Shown one piece after another: positions 29,201 to 38,513 of a DNA stretch of 64,000 nucleotides. The notes below the pieces were generated by a model, which saw only the letters and a program-made list of their open reading frames with translations, was not told the origin of the DNA and made no database searches. Numbering within the stretch: position 1 is the first letter of the stretch; every line of letters begins with the position of its first letter. Position numbers and translations under genes: made by a program. The stretch lies in contig JBFYPG010000116.1 in NCBI GenBank assembly GCA_041303415.1, positions 2,227-66,226 of the forward strand, read 5' to 3'. The DNA comes from Bacteroidales bacterium (GTDB lineage: Bacteria; Bacteroidota; Bacteroidia; Bacteroidales; VadinHA17).

Positions 29201-29302
29201 CAGGAAAGCCTCTACCACTCCTTTTCTTTCAGTATCATCAGCCTGAGGCTTGGCAATGAGCGCAAACAGCTGCATCAGGGTTTCAAGAATCTTTTCACTC
29301 AT
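26234..29302 (-). CDS. Single-chain ABC protein: TerB-like helical N-terminus, FHA-like beta region, NBD, and ABC-2-type TMD with a large extracytoplasmic loop
   Basis: Walker A GASGAGKST, signature ISGGQ, Walker B MFLDEPT, and an H-loop (IVIHQP); six TM segments follow the NBD. Confidence 0.88.
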   Translation of the reverse strand: MSEKILETLMQLFALIAKPQADDTERKGVVEAFLKRLLNQELVKVYLAKYDEAYEEARKKLEKSSAERREGAIAIRIRKLCKDINEQGQLDQEQRIVVVIQALEFCKSGSNEVSPLERGFISTLAEGLNITEDEYSFIESFVLNSFDNIPDNQNILLVDGSEACKLTETKHVYKELLKGQIWFLFVPSVRMYFARFKGSGELSMNGQLLQEEKVYPFSQGSSIKGYKIKPVYYWDVTMQFLKEEFKASRVVYEVNNIEYRFKSGKVGIHHMSFREESGRMVGIMGASGAGKSTLLSVLNGTNPPFDGEVLVNGVSIHKESEEVKGLIGYVSQDDLLIEELTVFENLYYNAKLCFDNLTDEEIIAKVDTTLKNLGLFEIRDMKVGSPLNKKISGGQRKRLNISLELIREPAIMFLDEPTSGLSSRDSENILDLLKDLARKGKLLFIVIHQPSSDIFKMFDKLIILDTGGYLIYNGNPIESIEYFKKKIEQANYNESECYVCGNVNPEQIFNIVETRVFTENGQPTDTRRISPADWSNLYKAEAREDVIERGTVIPEINFKTPNKIKQFIVFVKRDVLSKVADSQYMLLTLLEAPVLAFLLAFLIRYFEKSAQNPKYTLFSNENLPVYIFMSVIVAIFMGLTVSAEEIIKDRKILKREAFLNLSWNSYLLSKVFVQLTISAIQALTFVLIGNAITGIKGMWFEYWIVLFSCWAGANIMGLVISDSFKAVATIYMWIPFLVIPQIILSGVMVKFEKLNPIVTTPVSIPFYGEFITARWGYEALAVKQFKDNRYEKQFYAYDKSISKAKFKRDWWYDAMNRNLDYISNGLSGNISDEFTGKLRIVYNEFKKEKELLPDIRFEYLESLTPEKITADVVIAAQADLELIKKAYIAHYNNINTRRENLLNKLQSENKEEFFKLRNAYTNEKLEEFVINRNETQSTIEYKGEIFQNREPIYMDPNFNFIKAHFYAPVKKIFGLSVDTFVMNILVLWVITIGLYMILSFRLLKKLLDSGEVIMGKKLKGSE

Positions 29303-29410
29303 GTGGGGTCAGTTTTATCAGGATTTGAAGTTATGAAACCTCACTCTTTTTGCCAAATAAATAGAGCAGATTATTTTTTCGATGTCTCATTAATACTCCT
29401 TATAATACTC

Positions 29411-29540
29411 AAAATCCCCTTCCCAGCCTTCCCCCAAGGGGAGGGCCGAGCGTTAAGAACCAGCCCGGTGGGCTGGTTTAGCGAAGGAGCCAGACTGTCG
29501 CGTGGGCTTTCCCCCTTGGGGGAAACAGGAAAGGGGGTTT
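29411..29540. repeat. Family A element (reverse orientation) with an internal hairpin insert
   Basis: Ends are the reverse complement of 35296..35378. The centre carries AACCAGCCC-GGT-GGGCTGGTT (29458..29478). Confidence 0.8.
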
Positions 29541-29655
29541 GCATCAATTTAGGATGAAGGTCATAATGACACTTTCAGCGTGCTTATCTGACAATAAGTC
29601 CCTTGTTTAGTGTGTGGCAGATTTTTTGATCAGCATTTGCAAAATATGCAGTAAA

Positions 29656-32262
29656 ATGAATTTTAATAATTTCACCTTAAAGGCGCAGGAATCAGTTCAG
29701 AAGGCTTTCAATATCGCTGCCTCCAGGGGGCAGCAGGCAATTGAGTGCGCTCATCTACTGAAAGGGATAATGAGCGAGGCAGAAAGCATAACTGATTACC
29801 TGTTCGGGAAAATGGGTATCGACATCCCGCATGTAAGCAAAGAGCTTGACCGGATTATTGATTCATATCCAAGAGTTTCAGGAGCTGAGGCCTATCTGTC
29901 CTCAGGCCTTTCAGAAGCTGTGAGGAAAGCGGAAGCACATGCATCTGACATGAAGGATAAATTCGTCACAGCTGAACATCTTTTTGCCGGGATACTTGAG
30001 ACTGATGACAAGGCATCAAGGATCCTCAAGGATCACGGGGCAACTGTAAAAAACCTTAAATCAGCCATAGATAACCTCCGTAAGGGCGCTTCGGTAGAGA
30101 GCCAGACATCAGACGATACTTTTAATTCACTTAACCGCTATGCCATTAACCTTAACGAAAGGGCAAGGGCAGGGAAGCTCGATCCCGTTATAGGCCGCGA
30201 TGATGAGATCAGGCGAATCCTTCAGATACTTGAGCGGAGGACAAAAAACAATCCTCTTCTCATCGGCGAGCCGGGAGTGGGGAAAACCGCTATCGCAGAA
30301 GGGATAGCTCACAGGATCGTCAGGGGCGATGTTCCCGAGGACCTTAAATCGAAAATAATCTATTCACTCGACATGGGTGCCCTGATTGCAGGCGCCAAAT
30401 ATAAGGGTGAATTTGAGGAGAGGCTTAAATCTGTTGTAAATGAGGTCATTGGATCGAACGGTGATATTGTTCTGTTCATCGATGAAATACATACGCTCGT
30501 CGGCGCAGGTAAATCGGATGGTGCAATGGATGCTGCCAATATTCTCAAGCCTGCCCTCGCCAGGGGAGAATTGAGGGCCATAGGCGCAACAACCCTCAAT
30601 GAATACCAGAAGTATTTCGAAAAAGACAAGGCTCTTGAGAGAAGATTCCAGGTGGTCATGGTGGATGAGCCCGGCAGGGAAGACACAATATCGATCCTGC
30701 GCGGCATACGCGAGAAATACGAAGCACACCATAAAGTAATCATTAGGGATGAAGCTATAATCGCCGCTACTGACCTCTCGACGCGCTACATAACCGACAG
30801 GTACCTGCCCGACAAGGCCATTGACCTTATTGACGAAGCAGCTTCCAGGCTCAGGCTTGAAATGAATTCTGTCCCTGAGGAGATAGATGAGGTTGAACGG
30901 TCAATTACCAGGCTGGAGATCGAAAAAGAGGCTGTAAGGCGTGACGGAGATACGCACAAGGTTGAGGAGCTGTCGCGTGAACTGGCTGATATGCAGGCGA
31001 AAAGAACCGAACTGAAGGCTGCCTGGAATACCGAGAAGGAAATGATTAACAGGGTTCAGTCCAGGAAGGAGGCTGTAGAGGCTCTGCGTTATGAAGCGGA
31101 TCAGGCTGAAAGGGCAGGGGACTACGGGAAAGTGGCCGAGATCAGGTACGGCAAGATTACCGGGATCGAAAAAGAGATCGCTGATCTGAAGGATACAATT
31201 GAAAAGAGGAGAACCAGGGGTTCACTGATTCGCGAAGAGGTGAGGTCGGAAGACATTGCTGAAATAGTATCAAAGTGGACCGGCATACCGGTTTCAAGGA
31301 TGCTTGAAAGCGAGAAGGAAAAACTGCTCCGCCTCGAGGAACAGCTGCACAGGAGAGTAGTAGGGCAGGAGACGGCAATAAGAGCTGTCGCTGATGCCGT
31401 AAGACGTTCGCGTGCAGGGCTGCAGGATCAAAAAAGACCAGTAGGCTCATTCATATTTATCGGTACGACAGGCGTTGGAAAAACCGAGCTGGCAAGAGCG
31501 CTTGCAGAGTTTCTCTTCAACGACGAAAACCTGATGACAAGGATAGACATGTCGGAATACCAGGAGAGACATTCAGTATCGAGGCTTATCGGAGCTCCCC
31601 CGGGATATATAGGCTACGAGGAGGGAGGCCAGCTCACTGAGGCTGTCAGACACAAGCCTTATTCCGTTGTACTGCTTGATGAAATCGAAAAAGCCCATCC
31701 CGACCTGTTCAACCTTTTACTCCAGGTACTTGATGAAGGACGACTTACCGACAACAAGGGCAGAACAGTGAATTTCAGGAATGTGATAATAATCATGACA
31801 TCAAACCTCGGATCTGACATAATCAGAGACCGGATGGAGAAATTCGGCAACAGGATGTCTGCGCAGGAAGAGGAAGCTCTTCAGAAAGATATCTTCATGC
31901 TGCTGAGAAAATCCCTGCGGCCCGAGTTCCTGAACAGGGTTGACGAGATCGTAATGTTCAAACCTCTTGATGAAGCACAGATCAGGGAGGTTGTTGAGAT
32001 ACAGATCGGGGCGGTCAGAAAAGTGCTGGGCAATTACAACATAGAACTCGTGATGACCAGCGAAGCAATCGGCTGGCTTGCCGAACGCAGTTATGACCCC
32101 CAATCCGGTGCACGTCCTGTAAAACGGCTGATACAGAAGGAAATAATTAACGAACTCTCAAAACAACTGATCGCCGGCAATATCATAAGGGATTCTGTTG
32201 TGAAAGTTTCTGTAAGCAATGGTCAGCTGAAATTCTCAGGCGAAAAGAAAAGTAACCAGTAA
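29656..32262 (+). CDS. clpB: ATP-dependent chaperone ClpB
   Basis: Two AAA+ modules ([16 protein letters not shown]), a coiled-coil M-domain and GARPVKR; start refined to ATG 29656. Confidence 0.97.
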   Translation: MNFNNFTLKAQESVQKAFNIAASRGQQAIECAHLLKGIMSEAESITDYLFGKMGIDIPHVSKELDRIIDSYPRVSGAEAYLSSGLSEAVRKAEAHASDMKDKFVTAEHLFAGILETDDKASRILKDHGATVKNLKSAIDNLRKGASVESQTSDDTFNSLNRYAINLNERARAGKLDPVIGRDDEIRRILQILERRTKNNPLLIGEPGVGKTAIAEGIAHRIVRGDVPEDLKSKIIYSLDMGALIAGAKYKGEFEERLKSVVNEVIGSNGDIVLFIDEIHTLVGAGKSDGAMDAANILKPALARGELRAIGATTLNEYQKYFEKDKALERRFQVVMVDEPGREDTISILRGIREKYEAHHKVIIRDEAIIAATDLSTRYITDRYLPDKAIDLIDEAASRLRLEMNSVPEEIDEVERSITRLEIEKEAVRRDGDTHKVEELSRELADMQAKRTELKAAWNTEKEMINRVQSRKEAVEALRYEADQAERAGDYGKVAEIRYGKITGIEKEIADLKDTIEKRRTRGSLIREEVRSEDIAEIVSKWTGIPVSRMLESEKEKLLRLEEQLHRRVVGQETAIRAVADAVRRSRAGLQDQKRPVGSFIFIGTTGVGKTELARALAEFLFNDENLMTRIDMSEYQERHSVSRLIGAPPGYIGYEEGGQLTEAVRHKPYSVVLLDEIEKAHPDLFNLLLQVLDEGRLTDNKGRTVNFRNVIIIMTSNLGSDIIRDRMEKFGNRMSAQEEEALQKDIFMLLRKSLRPEFLNRVDEIVMFKPLDEAQIREVVEIQIGAVRKVLGNYNIELVMTSEAIGWLAERSYDPQSGARPVKRLIQKEIINELSKQLIAGNIIRDSVVKVSVSNGQLKFSGEKKSNQ

Positions 32263-32296
32263 CCTGCACCCTGCACCCCGCACCCCGCACCCCGCA
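32263..32296. repeat. Tandem heptamer CC(T/C)GCAC x5
   Basis: Fills the gap between the clpB and STAS stop codons; 2-copy versions occur at about 59743 and 62197. Confidence 0.85.
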
Positions 32297-32632
32297 TCAC
32301 CTCATTGATCTCACGCATTCGTTGCGATCCTCATAGATCTCGAAAACAGTATCAAGGTGAAGTGTCTTGAAGACTTCCATCACTGCGGGTTCCGGGCTGG
32401 CAAATTTGATGGTTCCGTAATTGTTCCTTGCGGCTTTCATAATTGAGAGGAAGCATCCGAAACCTGAGCTGTCTATGTAATGAACTCCGCTGAGATCAAC
32501 GGCAACCCTGGAATTAGGGTTTTCAAACAGCTTGTTTATCTCATTCCTTATCTCCTCGGTGATGAGGGCATTGATCTTATCCACTGAAAAGGTTATGACA
32601 TCCACCTTACCTTCCTTCTCAAAATTTACCAT
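32297..32632 (-). CDS. STAS-domain anti-sigma-factor antagonist
   Basis: DLSGVHYIDSSGFG motif. Confidence 0.9.
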   Translation of the reverse strand: MVNFEKEGKVDVITFSVDKINALITEEIRNEINKLFENPNSRVAVDLSGVHYIDSSGFGCFLSIMKAARNNYGTIKFASPEPAVMEVFKTLHLDTVFEIYEDRNECVRSMR

Positions 32633-32634
32633 TG

Positions 32635-32994
32635 TCAGCCTTTTTTCATTTTACCGGTCAGATCATCAAGTTCTTTCAGGGCCTCTTCAGTTTCGGTTTT
32701 GAACCTGGTTACGTAAGATTCATATTTTTCATGCTCCTTTCCCTCCTTCGCCTGCAGTTCAAATGTTTTGAGCATCACGGCAAGGTCATTCATTCCCATT
32801 ATTGCAACCGATGATTTTGCCTTGTGAGCCAGCAATCCAAGGGTGTAAAATTCCTTTCTGTCAAGCAGCGACCTCATTTCTTTGTTGAATTCACCTACCT
32901 GTTCCCTGAATATTGCCGCAATTTCAAGAAATGTTTCATCATCTCCGCCTGATACTGAATCAAGATATTCAGTATTAATATACTTGTAATCCAT
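32635..32994 (-). CDS. Stand-alone Hpt (histidine phosphotransfer) protein
   Basis: LAHKAKSSVAIMG His motif in an all-helical protein; start refined to ATG 32994. Confidence 0.88.
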   Translation of the reverse strand: MDYKYINTEYLDSVSGGDDETFLEIAAIFREQVGEFNKEMRSLLDRKEFYTLGLLAHKAKSSVAIMGMNDLAVMLKTFELQAKEGKEHEKYESYVTRFKTETEEALKELDDLTGKMKKG

Positions 32995-33150
32995 CACCTG
33001 CTGATCAAAAACCAGTTTAAAGAAGTGCAAAGAATCAAACAAATATAACAATATTTATTTCTGATGACGTCAGATAATTACATAAGGTTGCAATGCTTCT
33101 TTTGAAAAAGGTAAATTAGTGCTAATTTTATAGTGACAAAAAACAGCATT

Positions 33151-35238
33151 ATGAAATATAAAATATTGTATATCTGTTTGTTATGCTTGCTTAGCCCGAT
33201 GCTTCTTGAAGCTCAGACCGACCTTGCAGTCGAAAAACGCGAGTTCAAAAACGAAAGGGAAGGATTTAAAGAAGCCTGGAAGCATGTTAAATCAGGTGAC
33301 AGTTTTTACATCGTAAAGGGAACATTCTACGGAAGCGCATATGATGAATACCTAAGGGCAATAGCATATAACGGTGAAAATCCGGAGTTGAATTACAAAA
33401 CAGGAGTATCCGCTCTCTTCTCAGATAATAAGGAAGAGGCTGCAGATTTTCTGGTAAAAGCGGCTGAAACTGACAGCTCACTTACAAGGGATATACTTCT
33501 TCTGGCAGGAAGGGCGCTTCAGTATGCAGGCAGGTATGGTGAGGCAATTGAAATGCTTAATGGCTATCTCAGTTCTCGGGGGAAGAAACCGAAGGAGAGT
33601 ATTGCCGTCGCGAATAAATATCTTGAAGAATGCAATTCTGCGCTCGAAGTAACAAAGGACACACTCAGGATCGAGATCAAAAATGCAGGATCCAACATAA
33701 ATTCAAATGCTGATGATTATGCAGAGATCTTCTCTGCTGACGGAGAAACAATGTATTATGCCTCGAGGCGTGAACTCTCAAAATCAAGCACCAGATACGA
33801 CGATTCAAGGTTTGATGAGAACATTTTTATTTCGTCATCCGTGAATGGATCGTGGACTTTCCCGGCAACACTGGGAAAGAATCTTGTAACTGACCTCTGT
33901 GAAACACCTCTCTTCCTTTCACCCACCGGCGAGGAACTTTATATTTATGCAGGCTATGAGAATGGCGGCGACATAATGGTCTCGGTGCAAAAGAGAGGGA
34001 AGTGGAGACCCCCTTCGCAGATCCCGTTCAGGATCAACACAAAGGGTTCTGAGACTTCATTCACCTTTAACCCTTCAGGCGATCAGGTATGGTATGTTTC
34101 CGATAACGGCAGGGAGAGCCTCGGGGGAAAGGATGTATGGTACATCAGCAGGCTGAATGACAAAAAGTGGTCAAAGCCTGTAAATGCCGGTCCCATGATC
34201 AATTCTCCCTATGACGAGGAATCTGTCAGATTTTCAGCAAGGGGCGATACACTCTGGTTTGCCTCACGGGGGCACTCCACCATCGGCGGATTTGACATCT
34301 TCTATAGTACCAGAAACCAGACAGGCGAATGGGATAAAGCAGTTAACTTTGGCTACCCTCTTAACACGCCTTGGGATGAATTATTCTTTCATCCTGCACA
34401 GGGTAACGACAGCTCCTTCCATTTTGTATCAAACAGAAGCGAGGGGATGGGCGGACTTGATATCTACAGCGGGAGGATACTTCCACCTGAACCTATAATC
34501 ATTCCGGTCGAACCTCCAAAACCAGATACAGTCGTGGTCAGGGATACTATAGTGATTATAAGGGAGATAGTTCCGGTGCAGCAGCCTGAACCGGTTCCTG
34601 AGCCTCCGAAAGAGGAGATACTCTATCTGATAGGTACGGTCAGTGATTCTGAGACCGGAGAACCCGTGCTTGCGAAAATTGATGTGATCGACCTTACAAC
34701 CGACCTTGTAGCGGGTACAACAGCCAGCTCCGATGCTGACGGAACATACAGGATAAAGCTCCCTGAAAAGAGATCCTACATGATCGACCTGAGGGCAAGC
34801 GGATTCCTTTCGGATATGAAGCGGATCAACATCCCTGCTGACTATGCTGAAGAAGTCTACAAACTTGATGTTACGCTCATAAAAGTGAAGGTGGGCAAGA
34901 AAGTTGTCCTGAATAACATACTTTTCGAAACAGGCAAATCAATACTGACTGTCAGCTCATATACGGAGCTTGACAGGCTTCTTGCCATATTGCAGGATAG
35001 TCCGAATATGAAGATAGAGATATCAGGTCATACCGACAATACCGGAAGCCTTGATCTAAACAACAGGCTTTCACAGAGCAGGGCTCAGTCCGTTGTGGAG
35101 TACCTTGTCCAGAAAGGCATCGACCGTGCACGTCTGGAATTCAAAGGGTATGGCCCGTCACAGCCTATTGCCGATAATGCAACTGCCGAGGGAAGAAAGG
35201 CAAACAGGAGAGTTGAATTTAAAATACTTGAACTCTGA
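33151..35238 (+). CDS. OmpA-family protein with TPR, PD40 repeats and a carboxypeptidase-regulatory-like domain (PorE-like)
   Basis: PD40 units (GGKDVW, GGFDIF, GGLDIY) and OmpA C-terminus (ISGHTD, LSQSRAQSV, NRRVEF). Confidence 0.9.
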   Translation: MKYKILYICLLCLLSPMLLEAQTDLAVEKREFKNEREGFKEAWKHVKSGDSFYIVKGTFYGSAYDEYLRAIAYNGENPELNYKTGVSALFSDNKEEAADFLVKAAETDSSLTRDILLLAGRALQYAGRYGEAIEMLNGYLSSRGKKPKESIAVANKYLEECNSALEVTKDTLRIEIKNAGSNINSNADDYAEIFSADGETMYYASRRELSKSSTRYDDSRFDENIFISSSVNGSWTFPATLGKNLVTDLCETPLFLSPTGEELYIYAGYENGGDIMVSVQKRGKWRPPSQIPFRINTKGSETSFTFNPSGDQVWYVSDNGRESLGGKDVWYISRLNDKKWSKPVNAGPMINSPYDEESVRFSARGDTLWFASRGHSTIGGFDIFYSTRNQTGEWDKAVNFGYPLNTPWDELFFHPAQGNDSSFHFVSNRSEGMGGLDIYSGRILPPEPIIIPVEPPKPDTVVVRDTIVIIREIVPVQQPEPVPEPPKEEILYLIGTVSDSETGEPVLAKIDVIDLTTDLVAGTTASSDADGTYRIKLPEKRSYMIDLRASGFLSDMKRINIPADYAEEVYKLDVTLIKVKVGKKVVLNNILFETGKSILTVSSYTELDRLLAILQDSPNMKIEISGHTDNTGSLDLNNRLSQSRAQSVVEYLVQKGIDRARLEFKGYGPSQPIADNATAEGRKANRRVEFKILEL

Positions 35239-35295
35239 TATTAGTCAGATACCAGTAAGTTTTTTATTAGTTTATTTGTCTTGATCTTTTATCAT

Positions 35296-35378
35296 AAAAC
35301 CCCCTTTCAATTTCCCCCGAGGGGGCAACGCAAAACCAACTCCTTCCCCCTTGGGCGGGGGAAGGCTGGGAAGGGGGT
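35296..35378. repeat. Family A REP-like element upstream of gcvT
   Basis: AAAACCCCCTTT..TTCCCCCGAGGGGG ... CCCCCTTGGG..GGGGAAGGCTGGGAAGGGGGT. Confidence 0.8.
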
Positions 35379-35403
35379 AAGTATAAGCTAAAAATTATTA
35401 TTT

Positions 35404-36507
35404 ATGAAAAATACTGCCTTTACCCAATTCCACATTGAAGCCGGTGCCAGAATGGTTCCTTTTGCCGGCTTTAACATGCCTGTCGAATATACAGGGATAA
35501 ATGACGAGCATATCACCGTGCGTGAAAAAGCCGGTGTCTTTGACGTTTCCCACATGGGGGAATTCTGGGTGACAGGACCTTCAGCCCTGGGCTATCTCCA
35601 GTATATCACAAGCAATGATGTATCAGCCCTGTACGATGGCAAAGTCCAGTATTCCTGCTTCCCCAATGGAAAAGGAGGCATTGTTGACGACCTGCTGGTT
35701 TACCGTTACAATCCTCAGAAGTACCTGCTGGTTGTAAATGCTTCCAATATTGACAAGGACTGGAACTGGTGTGTTCAGAATGCTTCGAGGTTCGGGCTGA
35801 AGGCCGGAAAGGACCTCATTAATGCCTCTGATGATATTGCCCAGCTCGCCATCCAGGGCCCGCTGGCGCTCAAGGCTATGCAGAAGCTGACAAAAACTCC
35901 TGTTGCCGATATGGAATATTACACCTTTAAAGAGATTGAATTTGCAGGCATAGAAGACGTATTATTCTCTACAACAGGATATACAGGCGCAGGAGGATGC
36001 GAGATATATGTAAAGAACACTGACGGACCTGCGCTGTGGAACGCGGTTTTCGAGGCTGGCAGGGAGTTCGGAATCAGGCCGGTCGGACTTGGAGCCCGCG
36101 ATACACTGCGTCTCGAAATGGGATACTGCCTCTACGGTAACGACATTAACGATCATACATCCCCGATCGAGGCCGGACTTGGCTGGATCACGAAATTTTC
36201 AGGTTCAAAGGATTTCATTGATAAGGAGATTCTATTGAAACAGAAGAACGAAGGAGTGAGCAGGAGGCTAAAGGGATTCGTAATGATAGACCGCGGTATC
36301 CCACGCCAGCACTATGAGGTTGTCGATGCCAGCGGCAACATTATCGGCGAAGTGACTTCAGGCACCATGTCTCCCATGCTGAAGCAGGGAATCGGAATGG
36401 CATACCTTGAAAAAGACTTCTGGAAACCCGATACCGAAATATTTATCCGTATCCGCAACAAAGACCTGAAGGCTAAAGTTGTTAACCTTCCATTTTATAA
36501 TAGATAA
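35404..36507 (+). CDS. gcvT: Glycine cleavage system aminomethyltransferase T
   Basis: [36 protein letters not shown] and GEVTSG motifs. Confidence 0.97.
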   Translation: MKNTAFTQFHIEAGARMVPFAGFNMPVEYTGINDEHITVREKAGVFDVSHMGEFWVTGPSALGYLQYITSNDVSALYDGKVQYSCFPNGKGGIVDDLLVYRYNPQKYLLVVNASNIDKDWNWCVQNASRFGLKAGKDLINASDDIAQLAIQGPLALKAMQKLTKTPVADMEYYTFKEIEFAGIEDVLFSTTGYTGAGGCEIYVKNTDGPALWNAVFEAGREFGIRPVGLGARDTLRLEMGYCLYGNDINDHTSPIEAGLGWITKFSGSKDFIDKEILLKQKNEGVSRRLKGFVMIDRGIPRQHYEVVDASGNIIGEVTSGTMSPMLKQGIGMAYLEKDFWKPDTEIFIRIRNKDLKAKVVNLPFYNR

Positions 36508-36512
36508 AGGCT

Positions 36513-36652
36513 TTAAGGCATTAAGGCAATAGGGCATTAAGGTATTTAGCCCTAACGCCCTAACGCCCTAACGCCCTAACGCCCTAACGCCCTAACGCCC
36601 TAACGCCCTAACGCCCTAACGCCCTAACGCCCTAACGCCCTAACGCCCTAAC
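36513..36652. repeat. (TTARGGCA)x4 degenerate arm followed by a perfect (GCCCTAAC)x13 array
   Basis: Counted directly: 36513..36544 (four units) and 36549..36652 (104 bp, 13 units). The two arms are approximate reverse complements. Confidence 0.95.
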
Positions 36653-36661
36653 GCCTTGATT

Positions 36662-37381
36662 ATGGCTGACAGAAAGCTTGAAACCTGTTTTTCACCTGCC
36701 TTGTATGAGCCTGAGCTTCATGCAGATTCGATTGTAGTGATCATTGATGTCCTGCGTGCCACTTCAGCCATATGCACAGCATTTGCCAACGGGGCTGCAT
36801 CAATAATTCCTGTTTCCGGGGTTGAAGAGGCCAGGGAGTATAAGAATAGGGGTTATCTTGTTGCTGCTGAGAGAGATGGCTATGTACTTGATTTTGCTGA
36901 CTTTGGCAATTCACCATTCAATTTCACCAGGGATAAGGTTGAAGGAAAAACCATTGTCTATAGTACAACTAACGGTACAGGGATAATCAACCTGGCATCA
37001 TCGGCATATGCCATAGTGATCGGTTCTTTCCTTAACATCAGTTCTCTTGAAGCGTGGCTGATCAGGCAGGAAAAGGATGTGGTTCTCTTTTGTGCAGGAT
37101 GGAAGAACAGGTTTAACCTTGAGGATACAATGTGTGCAGGGGCTTTTGCCAGCAGGCTGATGACAAGCGGCAACTATAATACAATATGCGATTCCACCCA
37201 TGCTGCACTCGACCTGTGGTCGATAGCAGCGACAGATATCCGTGGATATATCGAAAAAGCCGCGCAGAGGGGCCGGTTGCGGGACAAGGGACTTGATGAT
37301 TGCATTGGATTCTGCCTTACCGCTGATTTCACTGATAAAATCCCAATTATCAAAGACGGCATTCTTGTCGGTAATATTTAA
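36662..37381 (+). CDS. comB: 2-phosphosulfolactate phosphatase (ComB) family protein
   Basis: DVLRATS, ERDG, FGNSP, STTNGT and EDTMCAG motifs. Confidence 0.9.
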   Translation: MADRKLETCFSPALYEPELHADSIVVIIDVLRATSAICTAFANGAASIIPVSGVEEAREYKNRGYLVAAERDGYVLDFADFGNSPFNFTRDKVEGKTIVYSTTNGTGIINLASSAYAIVIGSFLNISSLEAWLIRQEKDVVLFCAGWKNRFNLEDTMCAGAFASRLMTSGNYNTICDSTHAALDLWSIAATDIRGYIEKAAQRGRLRDKGLDDCIGFCLTADFTDKIPIIKDGILVGNI

Positions 37382-37431
37382 TATTTTTACAGACGACACA
37401 GGAAATAAATTATTCACAAAATACCAGCACT

Positions 37432-38502
37432 ATGAAAAAACACAATTTTTATGCAGGCCCTTCAATACTTCCACAGTACACACTGGACAAAACCATTGAA
37501 GGGATAAAGGATTTTGCCGGATCAGGATTATCCGTTCTTGAGATCTCTCATCGCAGCAAGGAATTCATTGCTTGCATGAACGACTCGATTGCCCTTGTCA
37601 GGGAACTGCTTGAAATTCCTTCGGGATACCAGGTCATTTTCCTCGGGGGAGGAGCAAGCCTCCAATTTACAATGGTGCCGATGAACCTTATGGAGAAAAA
37701 ATCAGCTTATCTTGTAACAGGTGAATGGGCCGCCAAAGCTTTCAAGGAAGGTAAATTCTATGGCGATGCCGTGGAAGTGGCATCTTCAAAGGACAATAAC
37801 TTCTGTTACATTCCAAAAAACTACACTGTGCCGTCAGACGCAGATTATTTTCATATTACAACCAATAACACAATTTACGGAACGGAACTCAAAAAGGATC
37901 CGGATGTAAAAGTACCCCTTATTGCCGACATGTCATCCGACATTTTCAGCAGGCCGGTGGATGTTGCAAAATATTCAATGATATATGCCGGGGCTCAGAA
38001 AAACCTGGCGCCTGCAGGTGTGACGCTTGTCATTATTAAGGAAGAAATTCTCGGGAAGGTTACACGCCCCATTCCCACAATGCTTGATTACAGGACGCAT
38101 ATAAAGGCTGAATCAATGTTCAATACTCCTCCGGTATTTGCAGTATTTGCCGCACAACAGACACTGAAATGGCTCAAGGAGCTTGGCGGAGTGAAAGCCA
38201 TACAGAAGAAAAACGTTGAAAAGGCACAGCTGCTTTATGACGAGATTGACAGAAACAGGCTTTTTATGCCGACAGTAAAGGATCCTGAGGACCGGTCGCT
38301 GATGAATATCTGCTTCGTGATGGCAGAGGAGTACAAAGCCCTTGAACAGCCTTTTGCCGATTTTGCCAAATCAAAAGGCCTGGTAGGAATTGCCGGTCAC
38401 CGCTCAGTTGGAGGCTTCAGGGCTTCAACTTATAACGCTCTTCCGAAAGAAAGTGTTCAGGCCCTGGTAGATGCAATGAAAGAATTTGAGAAGAACAACT
38501 GA
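37432..38502 (+). CDS. serC: Phosphoserine aminotransferase
   Basis: NFYAGPS, EISHRS, GGASLQF, DMSSD, YAGAQKN and GHRSVGG motifs. Confidence 0.97.
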   Translation: MKKHNFYAGPSILPQYTLDKTIEGIKDFAGSGLSVLEISHRSKEFIACMNDSIALVRELLEIPSGYQVIFLGGGASLQFTMVPMNLMEKKSAYLVTGEWAAKAFKEGKFYGDAVEVASSKDNNFCYIPKNYTVPSDADYFHITTNNTIYGTELKKDPDVKVPLIADMSSDIFSRPVDVAKYSMIYAGAQKNLAPAGVTLVIIKEEILGKVTRPIPTMLDYRTHIKAESMFNTPPVFAVFAAQQTLKWLKELGGVKAIQKKNVEKAQLLYDEIDRNRLFMPTVKDPEDRSLMNICFVMAEEYKALEQPFADFAKSKGLVGIAGHRSVGGFRASTYNALPKESVQALVDAMKEFEKNN

Positions 38503-38513
38503 AACAGCCGGAC

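Noticed and set aside
29303-29557. 84-aa ORF upstream of clpB
   Set aside because: Largely a translation of the family A repeat.
35240-35403. Glycine riboswitch upstream of gcvT
   Set aside because: The region is occupied by a family A repeat; no glycine-aptamer consensus seen.
36549-36652. CRISPR array or telomere
   Set aside because: Contiguous 8-mers with no spacers and no cas genes; the site is internal and flanked by ordinary genes.
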